NCBI RefSeq assembly: GCF_963921235.1
Contig: NC_086097.1
Coordinates: 213,344,001-213,408,000, forward strand
Direction of reading: 5' to 3'
DNA: 64,000 bases
Source of the DNA: Mobula hypostoma
Taxonomy: Eukaryota
The notes beneath the pieces were generated by a model. That model did no database searches. It was not told the origin of the DNA and saw only the letters and a list, made by a program, of their open reading frames with translations. Below are positions 1-12,084 of this stretch, piece by piece; the stretch's first letter is position 1; every line of letters starts with the position of its first letter. A program made the position numbers and the translations under genes.

Positions 1-948
1 ATGGTATGTCTGATGTTGAAAGACTTCCACCATTCCCTCACTGTTGGTAAGCTCCCAGGATTTTCGAAATCGTCTGTTGCTTGCAGCATCTGAGAGATAG
101 TTCGCTGTAAAAAATACGCCTTGAATGTGGATATCATACCTTGGTCGAGTGGTTGAATCAGCAATGTTGTGTTAGGCGGCAGGAAACGCACTGTTAAGTT
201 AGGATGAATGCTGTCCGAATGTTTAGGATGGGCTGGCGTATTGTCAAGCAACAAAAGAACTTTAAAGGCAAGATTTTGTACCCGGCAGTAGCGTTCAGCC
301 TCAACAGCAAAATGATTAGCAAACCAATCTTCAAAGATTTGACCAGTGACCATGCTTCTTGTTAGCTGCCCAGTAGACAGGAAGCATATTCTTACTCAAA
401 CCCTTAAGAGCACGGGGGTTTAGTGAATGGTAAGCTAAGAGAGGCTTCATCTTACAGTCTCCGGCATTGGAACACAAGAAAAGTCAATCTACCTTTTGCT
501 GCCTTGAAACCTGACGCAGTTTTTCATCCTTACTTGTGTAAGTGCGTTTCGGCATATGCTTCCAAAAAAGCCTGGTCTCGTCTGCATTAAGCGCCTGCTT
601 TGGTGTGATGCCTAACTCAACTATCATAGCCCGCAACTGCACAGGGTAGAGTTCAGCAGCTTCATCGTTAGCACTGGCTTGCTCACCATGCACAAAGTTC
701 TGAAGCCTGTGACGATTAACAAACTTAGAAAACCATCCCCTACTTGCATTAAAGCTAACAATATCACTTGATACTTCCTCACTAGCCTCTGAACAAAGGC
801 GACCATAAATTTCCAAAGCTTTCACACGAAGATGATCGGAACTAAGTGTTTTTTTTCTTTGTTTCATGCTCAATGTATAAACTCAACATTTTCTCCATTT
901 TTGTCTTAATCGGGTTACGCAGTTTGGTAACAATCTTTGGAGACACTT
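1..948 (-). mobile_element. Tigger/pogo DNA transposon, transposase pseudogene (CENP-B HTH and DDE part; continues off the window edge)
   Basis: ORF 484-873 contains FNASRGWFSKFVNRH and NADETRLFWKHMPKRTY. Further minus-strand DDE motifs (LLLDNTPAHP, FLPPNTTLLIQPLDQGMI) lie at about 130-260. Confidence 0.9.
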
Positions 949-2358
949 CACAAGATCACAAGACAAAGGAGCAGAAGTAGGCCATTCGGCCCATCGAGTC
1001 TGCTCCGCAGCTCCCCCATGAGCTAAACTATTCACCCATCTAGTTCCAATTTCCGACTTTTTCCCCATATCCCTTGATACCCTGACTAATTAGATACCTG
1101 TCAATCTCCTCCTCAAACACCCTCAATGATCGGGCTTCCACAGCCATATGTGGCAACGAATTCCACAAATCCACGACCCTCTGGCTAAAAAAATTTCTCC
1201 TTATCTCTGTTTTAACTGGGTACCCTCTAGTTCTAAGACTATGGCCTCTTGTCTTGGACTCACCCACCAAGGGAAACGACCTTTCCACATCTACTCTATC
1301 CAACCCTTTCAACATTCGAAACGTTTCTATGAGATCTCCTCTCATTCTTCTATACTCTAATGAATACAATCCAAGAGCGGACGGACACTCCTCATATGTT
1401 AGCCCCTGCATTCCAGGAATCATCCTCGTAAATCTTCTCTGAACTCTCTCCAACATCAGTATATCCTTTATAAGATAGAGGGCCCAAAACTGCACACAGT
1501 ATTCCAAATGAGGTCTCACTAATGCCCCATAGAGCCTCATCAACACCTCCTTACTCTTATACACTATTCCTCTTGAAATGAATGCCAACATAGCATTCGC
1601 TTTCCTTACTGCCAATCCAACTTGGTGGTTAACCCTGCAGGAAGACCCCCAAGTCCCTTTGCACTTCCGATTTTTGAATTTTCTCCCCATCTAAATAATA
1701 ATCTGCCTGGTTCCGAAATGTACAACCGTACATTTGTCAACATTGTATCTCATCTGCCATTTTTTTGCCCACTCTCCTAAACTGACTAAGTCTCTCTGCA
1801 ACCTTTCCGTTTCTTCAACATTTCCTACTCCTCCACCTATCTTGGTGTCATCCGCAAACTTGGCCACAAAACCATTTAATCCATAATCCAAATCATCGAT
1901 ATACATCGTAAAAAGAAGCGGCCCCAACACCGACCCCGGCGGAACACCACTAGTACCCGGCAACCAATCAGAATAGGATCCCTTTATTCCCACCCTTTGC
2001 TTTCTGCCTATCAGCCAATGATCCACCCATTCCAATATCTTTCCTATAATTCCATGGGCTGTCATCTTATCAGCCTCATATGCGGCACCTTATCGAAGGC
2101 CTTTTGAAAATCCAAATACACAACATCCACAGCCTCTCCCTTGTCAATCTTATTCGAGATTACCTCAAAAAATTCCAATAAGTTGGTAAGGCAGGATCTT
2201 CCCTTCATGAAACCATCCTGGCTTCGGCCTATCTTGTCATGCACCTCGAGGTATTTCATAACCTCGTCCTTGAGGATTGACTCCAATATCTTTCCAACCA
2301 CCGATGTCAGACTAATAGGTCTGTAATTTTCTTTTTGCTGCCTCCTTCCTTTCTTAAA
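949..2358 (-). mobile_element. CR1 LINE, 5'-truncated (RT plus C-terminus), inserted in the Tigger element
   Basis: ORFs contain NYRPISLTSVVGK, YLDFQKAFDKVPH, GVPPGSVLGP, KFADDTK and RPHLEYCVQFW. Short tandem 3' tail (tcttgtga) at about 949-965. Confidence 0.95.
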
Positions 2359-2847
2359 TTGTGATGAATCAATCACTGCACTTTTTATTTTCTCAGTATT
2401 TTTCTTTGTTTCTGATCGTGGACTCACCCAGACCGAAGTAGCGTCCCAGAGCTGCGTTACCTTCACCTGACGCCGCCCTGTTTATAATTTCCAACTTTTT
2501 TCAAGTGTTAAAGCGGTTCTCTGCCGCTTGGTTTATGGCCCAGGACTTGACCTCGGACGCTTAGGGGGCATAGTTAAATATTTCAGGCATAAAATCGGTG
2601 CACCGTAGGTAAAAACAACAAACTTTTATGAGCGCAAGATCGCACATCCACACGTTGCCAAAACCAATGCAAGACTGGCGGGAGTGAGACTGTGAGGCAT
2701 GTGCACATGACTTGTATTGGCGGGAAAGCAGTGCTCCTCGCATAACTGTGAATTTTGGACGCATATAACGGGACCTTGGTAGAAATAGGTTCCTCGCCTA
2801 ACTGTGAATCCGCATAGTCTGAAGATGGGTATAACGAGAATAGGGTG
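2359..2847 (-). mobile_element. 5' part of the same Tigger element (N-terminal HTH, 5' UTR, terminal repeat)
   Basis: Minus-strand ATG at 2571 gives MPPKRPRSSPGP*TKRQRTALTLEK..., then EKIKSAVIDSSQ. Terminal sequence abuts TA at 2848-2849. Confidence 0.8.
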
Positions 2848-2949
2848 TATACGAAATGTTCATAAGTAATCTGATAACAAATTATGGATAAGAACTGATA
2901 ACTATCCATACCCATCCATTTATAAACTAGAAGTAAATAATTTCCAGTA

Positions 2950-3500
2950 CTTGCACAAAATTTCCATGCAAGGGCAGGAGGACATGGAGCTGTGATTTTG
3001 TTTTGAACAGTGATGTTGTTGACAGTTCTAAGTAGTGTGATTCCCTCACTGCCCATGATGCACTCTGGCTTGTGATGCCCACTGATCTCTTAAGATCTCC
3101 AGTGAGCCAGCAAGCCTGGTATGTCCAAGAAAGATGGTTAGAAAATTTGTTTGTAAAAGCCCCTTGAAGATTTGCTTCCTGGACATTATAATGGTAATCC
3201 TGCCCAAGCCCAGGACAAGTGTGCCCTCTTCCCTTGCAATAGCTACCCAAAGATGAGAATTATGAGGGTGTGGAGTAATTGGAATCTGAACAACAGCACC
3301 TCCAAGTGTTTAAATGAGCTGCATTCCTTTGTATTCTGTGACTGCAGGCAGAGAAATGACAGTTTGCTCAGGTGTCCGTGATCAGCTTAAATCTTTTGCA
3401 TGATTCAGCTCCATGCAGTGCTGTCCATCCCAGGCATCCTGTTTGAAGAAGGACTCCTGTGTGTGGTTCCCTTCAGCTCTTAGCTGTTTTGTCATTTGCT
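2950..3500 (-). mobile_element. Highly degenerate RTE-clade LINE RT remnant
   Basis: Weak, frameshifted minus-strand similarity to the RT N-terminal region (PGMDS.., GD..CG..RGI-like). Confidence 0.35.
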
Positions 3501-3921
3501 ATACTTGCTGTGGGATACTTTTAAATCACTTTTTTCTCTTGTAAAAACCCTCCTTAAAAACCAAACGCTTGTGGCTCAACATTTAGTATAGCCAGCTTCC
3601 TGAGGGGGTTCTCCCACCCACTGTCACTGTCATTTCAGTGTATTTGTTTCATAAAACAGCTATCAGACCCAGATAAAAATTAGAAAGTCCTTACAAATTG
3701 AGCTCCTGTTTTATGTGACTTGTTTTGGTTTTCCTTATGTCATCTTTCAGAAATGACAATTGGATGGAGTCATGCAGGCTTACTTTTTTCTGCAGTGCTA
3801 TGACCTTGTGAATTAATTTTGATGTTACAGATATTCATATTTTAAAGCAAATACAAATATTTAATTTTACTGAAGTCACATTTTAGTCTGGCTGAATATA
3901 AAGGAACTGGTGACACATGGG

Positions 3922-4078
3922 GCTCCAGATGCTAGAATTGGGAGCAAGAAGACAACTGCTGGAAGAACTCAGCAGGCCAAGCAGTATCTGTGGACAGAAG
4001 TGGGCAGTTGGTTTCACAAGAAGAAATGTACTTGACCTGAAATGTTGACTACCTGCTGAGTTCCTCTAGCACTTTTTT
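3922..4078. repeat. Foldback Penelope-derived short repeat (inverted ends)
   Basis: Arms 3957-3976 (tgctggaagaactcagcagg) and 4052-4071 (cctgctgagttcctctagca) are near reverse complements. Decayed ribozyme-like cctgaaatgttgact inside. Confidence 0.6.
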
Positions 4079-4239
4079 ATAAAGGGATTAGTGTTTGATT
4101 GTTTTCTCTTCAAAGTGAGTTTTTATTTGCAGTATCATGGATCATACTTGGTGCTGTCACTGAGGAATGCAGTATGAGGAATATGGCATGGAGTATGCTA
4201 TATTCCTGGGGCCTGAGTGCAAATAATTGGTTCATCATG

Positions 4240-4464
4240 ATCCTCTCATATCCCCTTTGCCAATCACCTGTCCAGCTCTTGGCTCCATCCCTCCCCCTCC
4301 TGTCTTCTCCTATCATTTTGGATCTCCCCCTCCCACTTTCAAATCTCGTACTAGCTCTTCCTTCAGTTAGTCCTGATGAGGGGTCTCGGCCTGAAACGTC
4401 GACTGTACTTCTTCCTAGAGATGCTGCCTGGCCTGCTGCGTTCACCAGCAACTTTGATGTGTGT
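4240..4464 (+). mobile_element. Penelope-like element 3' end (pLTR) insertion flanked by a 16-bp direct repeat
   Basis: taattggttcatcatg at both 4224-4239 and 4465-4480. Pyrimidine-rich body followed by a hammerhead motif. Confidence 0.8.
4369..4404 (+). ncRNA. Minimal type I hammerhead ribozyme (Penelope-associated)
   Basis: Stem I AGUC(4369-72)/GACU(4401-04), core CUGAUGA 4373-79, stem II GGGU-CUCG-GCCU, GAAAC 4393-97, cleavage triplet GUC 4398-4400. Confidence 0.75.
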
Positions 4465-4721
4465 TAATTGGTTCATCATGTTGTATTTGGTTAGGGCCAT
4501 GGTTAATTTAGAAACTTTGGGTTATGCCACGTTATGAAATATAAAGACATGTTAAATAAACTTCACATGGGTACAACTTCAGTGCTGGACTCCAAGATTT
4601 ATTGAAAGTGTTGCCATTTTTCTGTGGATAACTTACCACACTACCCCTCCTTGGTTCATGTTTGTATTTGAGTAGGATAGTTTGTGTCCTTTGGGTATTC
4701 TCAGTAGAACTGAAGTGTTGA

Positions 4722-4958
<237 letters not shown>

Positions 4959-6139
4959 TGAAGACAAGACATTCTGCAGATGCTGGAAATCTTGTTACAT
5001 ACTGCACACTTTTCCACCAAGTCATGTGGATAATGTTTTTTTTTGTCAAGTCAGAATTAATTTATTCCTCCTAGGTATTAATTACATTCATGGACAGAGA
5101 CGAATATGAAGAAAAATGAAGGGAAGTGTTTGAATTAGCAGAAACAGTAGTATTCTGTCCAGAGATGTATGTATGGTGGTCTTCATTTCCAAGACTAATT
5201 TGAATATAAACCCAAAGGAATAATCCCACAACCTACTAATTGAGTGAAGAGCTACTTTATCTTTGGCACTGACTGAGTAGAGAATCTTTGATCATGTTTT
5301 TCACAAGGCAGTTATACAATAATATACCATTAACAAATACCTGAATGGTTAATATCTTGTAAGTAAGTACTTGTGGGTCCCTTGAGTTTTGGAAATAAAA
5401 TCAATAACCAAATGGATTTCTACTTATGCACATTTTTTGCTTTTGCTTCTAGACATTGGTGCATATTCAGCTTCTAGAGCAATCTTGCGAACTAACACTA
5501 GAGGGTGGTATGACCAAAACAAAAGGAAAATTTGGAAATGGCTGTCACTGAACAGAATTGGAACTGGGTATTAGCTACAGTTAAATTGAGTTTGTTTTTG
5601 AACTTGACAAGAGTACAACATAAACAAGTAGATTTAATGTTAGCATTTGTACAAACTATTACATTTTAAATGTGTGTTATAGGTTGAAATTAAGCTCTGA
5701 TCAAGCTAATATTCTGACAGTGGGTATCTGTTTGATTCAATATTTATACTATCATTTGAGCTGTTTCAAGCATATGATTGGGAAATTCTGATCTAAATAG
5801 TTTTTTGGATAATGGTAAACAGCATTATGGATGAGACTGGAAGCATTTTCTTAGATGCTAACTTTGACTCATACACAACACTGATCATCCAGAAATAGAT
5901 GATGCAGATTGCAAATTAAGAAAAACTAGCAATTAGTACTTATATGGGGTATCACCATGTTTCTTGATAGGTGGTTTTAATTTTATGTAAGACATCTTCT
6001 TGTCAGTTTTAAGTTTAAAAACCTGTCGTTTATTATGGATAAAGTTCTTTATAGATATTACATAAGATGTTGCGTTATTCCAAACAGGCGTTACATTTGT
6101 GGCATGAATCTGATCAGAGCTTGCATTGTTTTGTGTTTA

Positions 6140-6640
6140 AAAACATAAATAGGAGCTGGCTGATCTGGCCATGGATTCGGTACAACCTATCTGCCTTTAT
6201 CCTCATAATCCTTAATTCCCTGTTTAATCAGGTGATGCCTATTGCTTCCCTGGGCAGAGTATTCCACAGATTCCCTGCTGTCTGAGAAAAGCAGATTCCA
6301 CTCTTCTGCATCCTAAATCTACCCCTCAAATCTTGAGGCTATGTCCCTTAGTTCTAGTCTCACTTACCAGTGGAAACACTTTTCCCACCCCTGTCTTATC
6401 TATCCCTTTCATAACTTTTTTTTAATCTATGAGACATCTTCTCATTCTTAATTCCAGCAAATTAATCCCAGGAAACTTACTCTCTTATTCGACCTTGTGA
6501 ACCTCCTCTGCACTGCTTCCAAAGTCAGTATGTTTTTTCTCAAATAAGATAAGAACAGGATGCGGTACTGCAGTTGCAGCCTTACCAGAACCCTGTACAG
6601 TTGCAGCATAACCTCCCTGTTCTTAAATTCAATCCATGTT
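6140..6640 (-). mobile_element. Degenerate CR1 LINE 3' fragment
   Basis: Reverse complement of the CR1 C-terminal region (gagtattccacagattc.., cttaccagaaccctgtacagttgcagcataacctcc). Confidence 0.75.
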
Positions 6641-9600
6641 TTTTGATTATCAGGATTTTTTAAAAATGGAAAAATACTTTATACAAATGTTGCACTTAAA
6701 AACATTTTAAAAAGCCATAATTTCAGATGATTATGTTGGGTTTTTGACAAAATGAATATAAATTCACTTTTGGGTAATGTGCTTTATCAGTAAAAGATGC
6801 AAGATTTATCAAGAATATAGTAAATATATTTTTGAACAAAAATTGTCCTTTTTACAAATATTTTGAGAAAACTAGTGAATTGAGGTCATTATAGCATCAT
6901 TTAAATCTTGACATGACTTGCCCTCCCTCCTGCTATGTTGGAAATTTGGTTGAAGTCTCCTCTCAGTCACTCTCACAACAATAAAGTAGTGCTCTCATTG
7001 CCACAAGCCTCTACATGTGACACATGTCAGTGATTATTAGTTTCCCCCACTTTGGCCCACGTGGTAAGATCACTGTTTAGGAGCTTAGTGGAAGGCAGGG
7101 GTTTGTGCCAAGTTCCCAGCACAGTAATGCACAGACCAGGTAAATTTCTTTAAAGTATAATTGTTATGAACAGTGTTTGGCCTCCAGGATTTAGAGCACT
7201 GTAACAAATCAGTGTTTCGTAGGACAGTGCTATGTGGACTATCTTTCGTATCATTCATACACTATTTAGCTCAGTTAAAGCTTTTGTGCACATTAAACAC
7301 AAGTTGTATATGCTAATTTCTGAGTGTTGGAAATTTTCTCATCAACTGCCATTAATGGAGAAAATTCTTGACTTGGAATCAAAGAGCTGTAATCAGTAAT
7401 TATATTAGCTAAGTCAGATTTAAGTGTGAAGAATTGCATCATGAATGTGGGTATGTCCTCTAGAATCCTATCTAAATAGTACAAAAGCTGCCTGGGGATT
7501 TGTCTCAGGAAATTGTTTTGCCCATTACAAACTAGTGATTGTTATGTAATAACAAAATCAATATTATTTTGAATATCCCTGTTTACTTGGGGGGGTGGGG
7601 AGAATCATTAATTCTCAAACTTTATTTGGAAAGTTTTACTTCTGTCAACTTGGACAGAACAGTTAATAGTTCAGTTGAGTTTGAATTAAAATGATTAGGG
7701 TGGATTGAAAAGTGAATGCACAGTCATGGATCATGGTGCATTTAAAAATGGTAAGTGCAAAAAATCACAATGTACAAATTGTCTAATTTTATGGAAACAA
7801 GTTTTCTATGATCTTTTTGCTATCTGACAAGGGTTGTCAGAAACCACTAGTGGTTGTTATTTGTTACTTGGATAAGTGCCAAGCTTCTGCTTCTCAATAT
7901 CTCAAAAGGTTGCTACTAGTCCAGATGGATGAAACCAATGAGCCATAGGGCATGTATTCAATAAGAGGAGTTAGAGTGAACTTAAACCACATCATCTGGT
8001 GTAAATACAAAACTGCTGCCAGAAACCCCAAGGCTAATATAAAAATGGAATGGCTGCCAAGTATTTTTTTGAATCTGAGATTTATCATAGAGCACTTTGC
8101 TTCTAAAGAAACTTTATCGAGTTAACCATGACTTTTAGGGGAAAAAAATAGAGTTAAGGTGTAACCACTTGAGTGAGTAAGTGTTGAGATAAGTCTGTGT
8201 TTGATGAATGAAAGTGCTGTGTGTACATGCGTGTGGGTTCTTGGCAAACTGCCATGTCTTTGGGGAGTGTTGAGATTATTGATGACATAGAACACTCGTA
8301 CTCTTGGCATGTACAGCTGATTCAAACTGGCAAAAGAATTGGTGCCGAGAGAATCAGTGTTTTTATATTCTACTCGTTTAACACAATAGGGAATCATTTA
8401 TATGGAGCACCTGTTTAGTGCAAGTTGTATACGGACTACTGTAGGTCATTTTTCAAAAGCTCTTTGGTTCCTTTATTTGGGAGATAAAATTGTACATGTT
8501 ATTTAATTATGTATTGTATATCAGGTATAACAGAAGCTGGATCATTTCAGTCAAACAAAATGAGCCCAAGTTGTATTTGTATAAAAAGATTGCTTTTAAA
8601 ATTGTTGAGCTGTGTGTTCAAAAATGAAACTTTTCACAGATGGATACATTTCTGTATGGGAGGAAGCCACTCAGCCCACTGACCACATGCCACCTCTGTA
8701 TTAAGAATAGTCCAGCTGGTTCCATTCCTCCACTCCCTCCCTGTAGCCTACAAATTTCCTTGCAGATACTAGCAATTGTTCTGTTGTGTGTAAATGAAAA
8801 GCATTTGTTTGCATGCTGTCATGACAGATCATTCCTTATACAAGGACATTGAGGTAGAAGTAAAGGAAGAAATGTTAGTTATGGAGAGTACCGTAGGTTT
8901 TTGAAGTGCATAGGCCATAACCAGGTTGATTGAGAGATCCAGAGTTCATTCTTCAAATAAGAAGGCCGTTCAAATTTCAGAAGCTGCGATGTTCTTAGGC
9001 TTTTGTAGGGTTTATCAGAAAATTGATGGGCTTGTTCAGTAGCCTTCTGCAAATCACGCATTAGAACATTGCAATCATTTCTTTAGAGAAGGCAGATCAT
9101 TGATTTGACTTCCTTTCACAAAACTAACTTTCTCAGATTAGTTTGACTATTTCCAAGCAATGTCTGTATAGCTTCTAATGCCTTTCCTATGGCAGATGTT
9201 AAGCTTACTGACAACTGACTTGTGGATTCCTGTTCAGAAAAGATGCTTGCTATTTTCTAGTCTAAACAAGAGAATTTTATAAAACTGAAAATGTATCATT
9301 TATCTCAGTGGTCCCTAGAATGAAGTCCATAAGAACCTGGAGATTTGTTAGCAGCTATTTTCTCAGAACCATTCCCCTGGGGATTATAATTCTCCAGAAT
9401 TCCTGCATTTTCAAATTCTTGGTTTATTTATGGACTTAAGATACGCAAGTAGGCCTTTTGGTCCATTACGTTTGTTCTGCTATTTAATGAGATCATAATT
9501 TAAGATTTAAAGCTCCAAGAAACTGGAAGTGTATGAATGATGTCTTGAAAGGTTATAATTTTAAAGTATAATTTCAGTGTTTAAGTTAGAGCTGTACAAC

Positions 9601-9834
9601 CAGATTTTGGATAGGATTTGTAGCTTTTGAGAAAATAGAAAATGGCATGTAATTTAATTTGAATAAATAATATGCAAGAACTAAAGCTATTTGAAATAGA
9701 AGTATTATGTAGAATAATGTAGATATTTGATTTTGATATGTTTATTATGGAAATATTTATGGAACCAATTTCAGTGATGTATGTAATAGTTTGATATTCA
9801 CCAAGATGACACTATGCAACTTTATAAGCTGTAA

Positions 9835-9999
<165 letters not shown>

Positions 10000-11070
10000 G
10001 GTTCTTCAACTATCTGTCTGCTTGACTTGGGCCCTTTACCTTTCACTCTCTCCCTTACCAGTTCAAGAAGTGAAGCCATTACCATATGGTTTATTTAACA
10101 GGGATATCCAAAAAGTCCTTCATAAACCTTGTAAAACTTGTCGTATATACTGTTCTCAGCAGAAATTTGCTTAATGACAGGATTTGAAAATTGTACTTGT
10201 ACCTATTTACAGTTAATTTTTTTCAGGCTAATCTTTTGTCTATTTTGCCCTTGACTACAAGATGGATTGTATTAAACACTACAAATTTCATCTGAGTATT
10301 TTAATTGTGTGGGTTAAAATTGCTATCATTGTTACTTATTATATCATACCAAACTGTAAAAGCTGTCAAATTTCAAATGCTGTGGAGACATGCTAGAAGA
10401 ATGTTTTAATTCTGTATTTATCATCCATTTTGTGTATATATAGTTAAAGTAACAAGCTTGGGTATATGTTGGTCGAGCTGAAATCCCTTTGTAGTTAAGC
10501 AGATCACAAACATTTTCTGGATGACTACAGCTTAAAATGGCAGTATTGTTCTAGTTTGAAGCTTTGTCTATTCCACATTTGTGATGGTTTGACTTTTTGG
10601 GCTCACTACCAACTGCTATCAGTCCCATCCTCCAATTGCAACATTCATATCTCCCAAATGTAACTCAAGTTAAATGTATATTGTCAAAGACTTCACATCA
10701 TTATATCATGATTTGTCTATTTTAATGCCAAATGTCTATTCAGCTTCTTTAGAGCACCCCCTTCAGAAATGAATCAGGTTTGCCTTAAAGAGTAGTTTGA
10801 CAAGAGTACAACAAATGGCAGCTGGGAGGGTTCTTTTTGTCCTGGTTGGGGTGGTGCATTGAAACGTGTAGAACTTTTTTCTCATTACACACATTTTTAT
10901 CTGCATGTATTTCTTTGACCAGTAAATTTAAACATGAGCTTTAAAATTAGATGTAAAAGTGGTGTAAAGTTTTTTTTTCCTTTCTTGGCGGTTTGTTCTG
11001 TTTTGTCAGTGAAGATCTTGTTTGTTGTAGAGGGGTCATAAGAAAATAAACCTGCCAAAATGAAACAACC
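10000..11070 (+). other. RAB2A: RAB2A 3' UTR (end approximate)
   Basis: About 1 kb of repeat-free U/A-rich sequence after the stop. AATAAA at 11045-11050, alternative ATTAAA at 10271-10276. Confidence 0.65.
11045..11050 (+). terminator. Candidate polyadenylation signal of RAB2A
   Basis: First canonical AATAAA I found downstream of the stop codon. Confidence 0.5.
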
Positions 11071-11579
11071 TGGCAAAAACTGAACAGGCTGTAGCTTTGT
11101 GAACCCCAATTTTCCTTAAATATTAAGAACTGTGTTTAAACTAAAACTATTTAAACCGGCATCTTATCAATAAGGGTTAATTGTGTTTTGCCATTTTTTC
11201 ACTTCAAAATGGCATTTTGGGAAAAATGTTAATTGCTGCAGAAAATCTTGGTGAAAGCCATAAACCAAAGCAGGTTGAAGGTAATTGAGCAGAAAGTAAG
11301 ACACTGATAAAAAATTGAGAGTGTAATACAGAAATTGTTGTTTTGTCAGACAGCAGATCTTGATTCAGAGGGTACCTACATTGGTTTTATTCCAAGGGTT
11401 AGTCTATAATGTTGTCTTGTGGATCTTCAGTTTAGACCTTGCTGTAGTGTTTGTACATTAAAAGTGGGTAAGTATCTGCAGCTTACAACTAATGTAATTT
11501 ACATTTAGAAGATTTAAGAATTTAAAATTAGCCTTGAGTATTTATGTCTTAGTATAAATAATTATTCAATGATTTTTCT

Positions 11580-11850
11580 TAATTTAGTGGTACAGCACGG
11601 AGTATGCCTTTCTGGTCCTTCAAGCCACGTCGCCCCAGTAACCCCTGACAAGCACCAGTTAACACCAGTGTACAATGACCAGTTAACATACTTTGTATGT
11701 CTTTGGTTTGTGGGAGGAAACTGGAGCGCCTGGGAAAATCTCATTCATTCCAAGGGGGAGACATACAGACTGCTTACAGATGGTGCCAGAATTCAACTCC
11801 GGAATGCCTCCAGCTGTGACAGCATTGCGCTATCTGCTATGTTAGCGTGG
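11580..11850 (-). mobile_element. V-SINE/HE1-like SINE with CR1-derived tail
   Basis: tgtgggaggaaactggagc..ggaaa is the reverse of the V-domain; tail pattern tacagcacgg..gcctttctgg. Confidence 0.6.
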
Positions 11851-12084
11851 CAAATGTATTCTAGTAAATCTGGTAGAGTTAATTTGAATATAAACAATAT
11901 ATTTGGAAAATATTACTTAAAGGATTTTATTTTGGGAAATGTCTATCCAAAACTAAGATTGTGGTGGAGATCATTGCAGTGTAAGTGTAATTTTAGACAT
12001 TTCCTGTAGGGATATAAGAAATAAAATTCAACAGTAGCCTTCTCAGGGATAATACTCCAATAATGCACCACAGTAAGTATAGTG

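Noticed and set aside
2062..2466. 134-aa ORF that looks like a novel fusion protein
   Set aside because: Artefact of the Tigger/CR1 junction; frameshifted on both sides.
4099..4467. Overlapping 122-aa and 113-aa ORFs
   Set aside because: Read-through of a non-coding Penelope-derived repeat; no protein similarity.
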